Source of the DNA: Thermoplasmata archaeon
Lineage (GTDB): Archaea; Thermoplasmatota; Thermoplasmata; Lutacidiplasmatales; UBA184
Assembly (NCBI GenBank): GCA_021828665.1
Contig: JAJZDH010000001.1
Span: 1-49,718, forward strand
Direction of reading: 5' to 3'
DNA: 49,718 nt
This document shows, piece after piece, positions 49,054 through 49,718 of this stretch (its first letter is position 1; every line of letters begins with the position of its first letter). The translations under genes were made by a program, and so were the position numbers. The notes below the pieces were generated by a model. That model ran no database searches, was not told the origin of the DNA, and was given only the letters and a program-made list of their open reading frames with translations.

Positions 49054-49718
49054 ATGCACCGTTCCCTCCTCGCCGTGGCCGCCCTCGGACTGATCGCCGT
49101 GCTCCTCGTGAGCATGAATGCCGGACCCCTGAACTCCGGCGGCGTGGCGACCCACCCCGCCCGGACCGAAGCGACGTGGCGCACCGCGGCGGGGGGAACC
49201 GTCCGGGTGGGCACCGTGGACCCGTACGGCGGGGCCACCTCCTCGTTCTCCCCGGGCCTCTACTCCGGGGAAGTGTACTTCTACGCCTACGACCCGTCCG
49301 ACAGCCGCGCGACGGTCACCATCACCGACCAGAACAGCTCCCGGGACGGTGTCCCGGTCCCGGCGGACCGGTGGGTCGTCACCTTCAACGCGTCGACCTA
49401 CCCGCCGTACACGAACCTGAGCACCACCTGGGGGGCCCACTACCAGCTCCCCTTCTCCCTGACCTCGGGAGGCACCTGGAACATCTCCATCAACGGCACG
49501 AACGGCGGTAGCTACTCGACCTCGTTCACGGTGTCGACGTACTATGTCTCCACCTACTCCGACCGCTCCGTCTATCTGCCCGGAGAGCCGGTGGTCGTGA
49601 GCTACCAGGCCACGGCGACGGTCAACGGGTCCCCCATCGCCTCGGTCCGATCGGTCCAGGCCACGGCCTCCTACCGCAACATCAACAACGTGTTCGTTCC
49701 GATCTTCTCGGGTTCCAA
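49054..49718 (+). CDS. Secreted/surface protein, 5' part only (runs off the window); MG2-like motif
   Basis: Open frame missing from the ORF track: MHRSLLAVAALGLIAVLLVSMNAGP...GEVYFYAYDPSD...GGTWNISINGT...YSDRSVYLPGEPVVVSY, with no stop before the window end. Confidence 0.8.
   Translation, partial: MHRSLLAVAALGLIAVLLVSMNAGPLNSGGVATHPARTEATWRTAAGGTVRVGTVDPYGGATSSFSPGLYSGEVYFYAYDPSDSRATVTITDQNSSRDGVPVPADRWVVTFNASTYPPYTNLSTTWGAHYQLPFSLTSGGTWNISINGTNGGSYSTSFTVSTYYVSTYSDRSVYLPGEPVVVSYQATATVNGSPIASVRSVQATASYRNINNVFVPIFSGS

Overview
High-GC archaeal chromosomal segment. The archaeal-type SAM synthetase, Nre, IPK, type-2 IDI, TATA-box promoters and thermopsin-type repeats suggest a Thermoplasmata-like lineage (inference). 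(1) 308-28026 is a minus-strand cluster of large secreted or membrane-anchored surface proteins (Asp-box/PEGA, Cys-paired repeats + PKD, two paralogues with matching R(I/V)TL C-termini, FN3/thermopsin-repeat, vWA-like, ~2000-aa carboxypeptidase-regulatory-like repeat protein). It is built around a polytopic membrane-bound double-ring Cdc48-like AAA+ ATPase. (2) 28550-39234 holds mostly housekeeping genes: MBL-fold hydrolase, tRNA-Pro(CGG), nreA, a zinc-ribbon membrane protein, mat, elp3, fni, ipk and hypotheticals. (3) 39392-48707 is a second surface cluster of three Kelch-like propeller proteins. One is fused across a TM helix to a degenerate peptidyl-tRNA hydrolase (Pth2) domain, and one shares a split domain and a C-terminal AGFxR...SMAVAAxSG motif with the vWA protein. 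A secreted protein starts at 49054 and runs off the window. No mobile element or CRISPR array was seen. Domain calls come from motif recognition by eye, not database searches.
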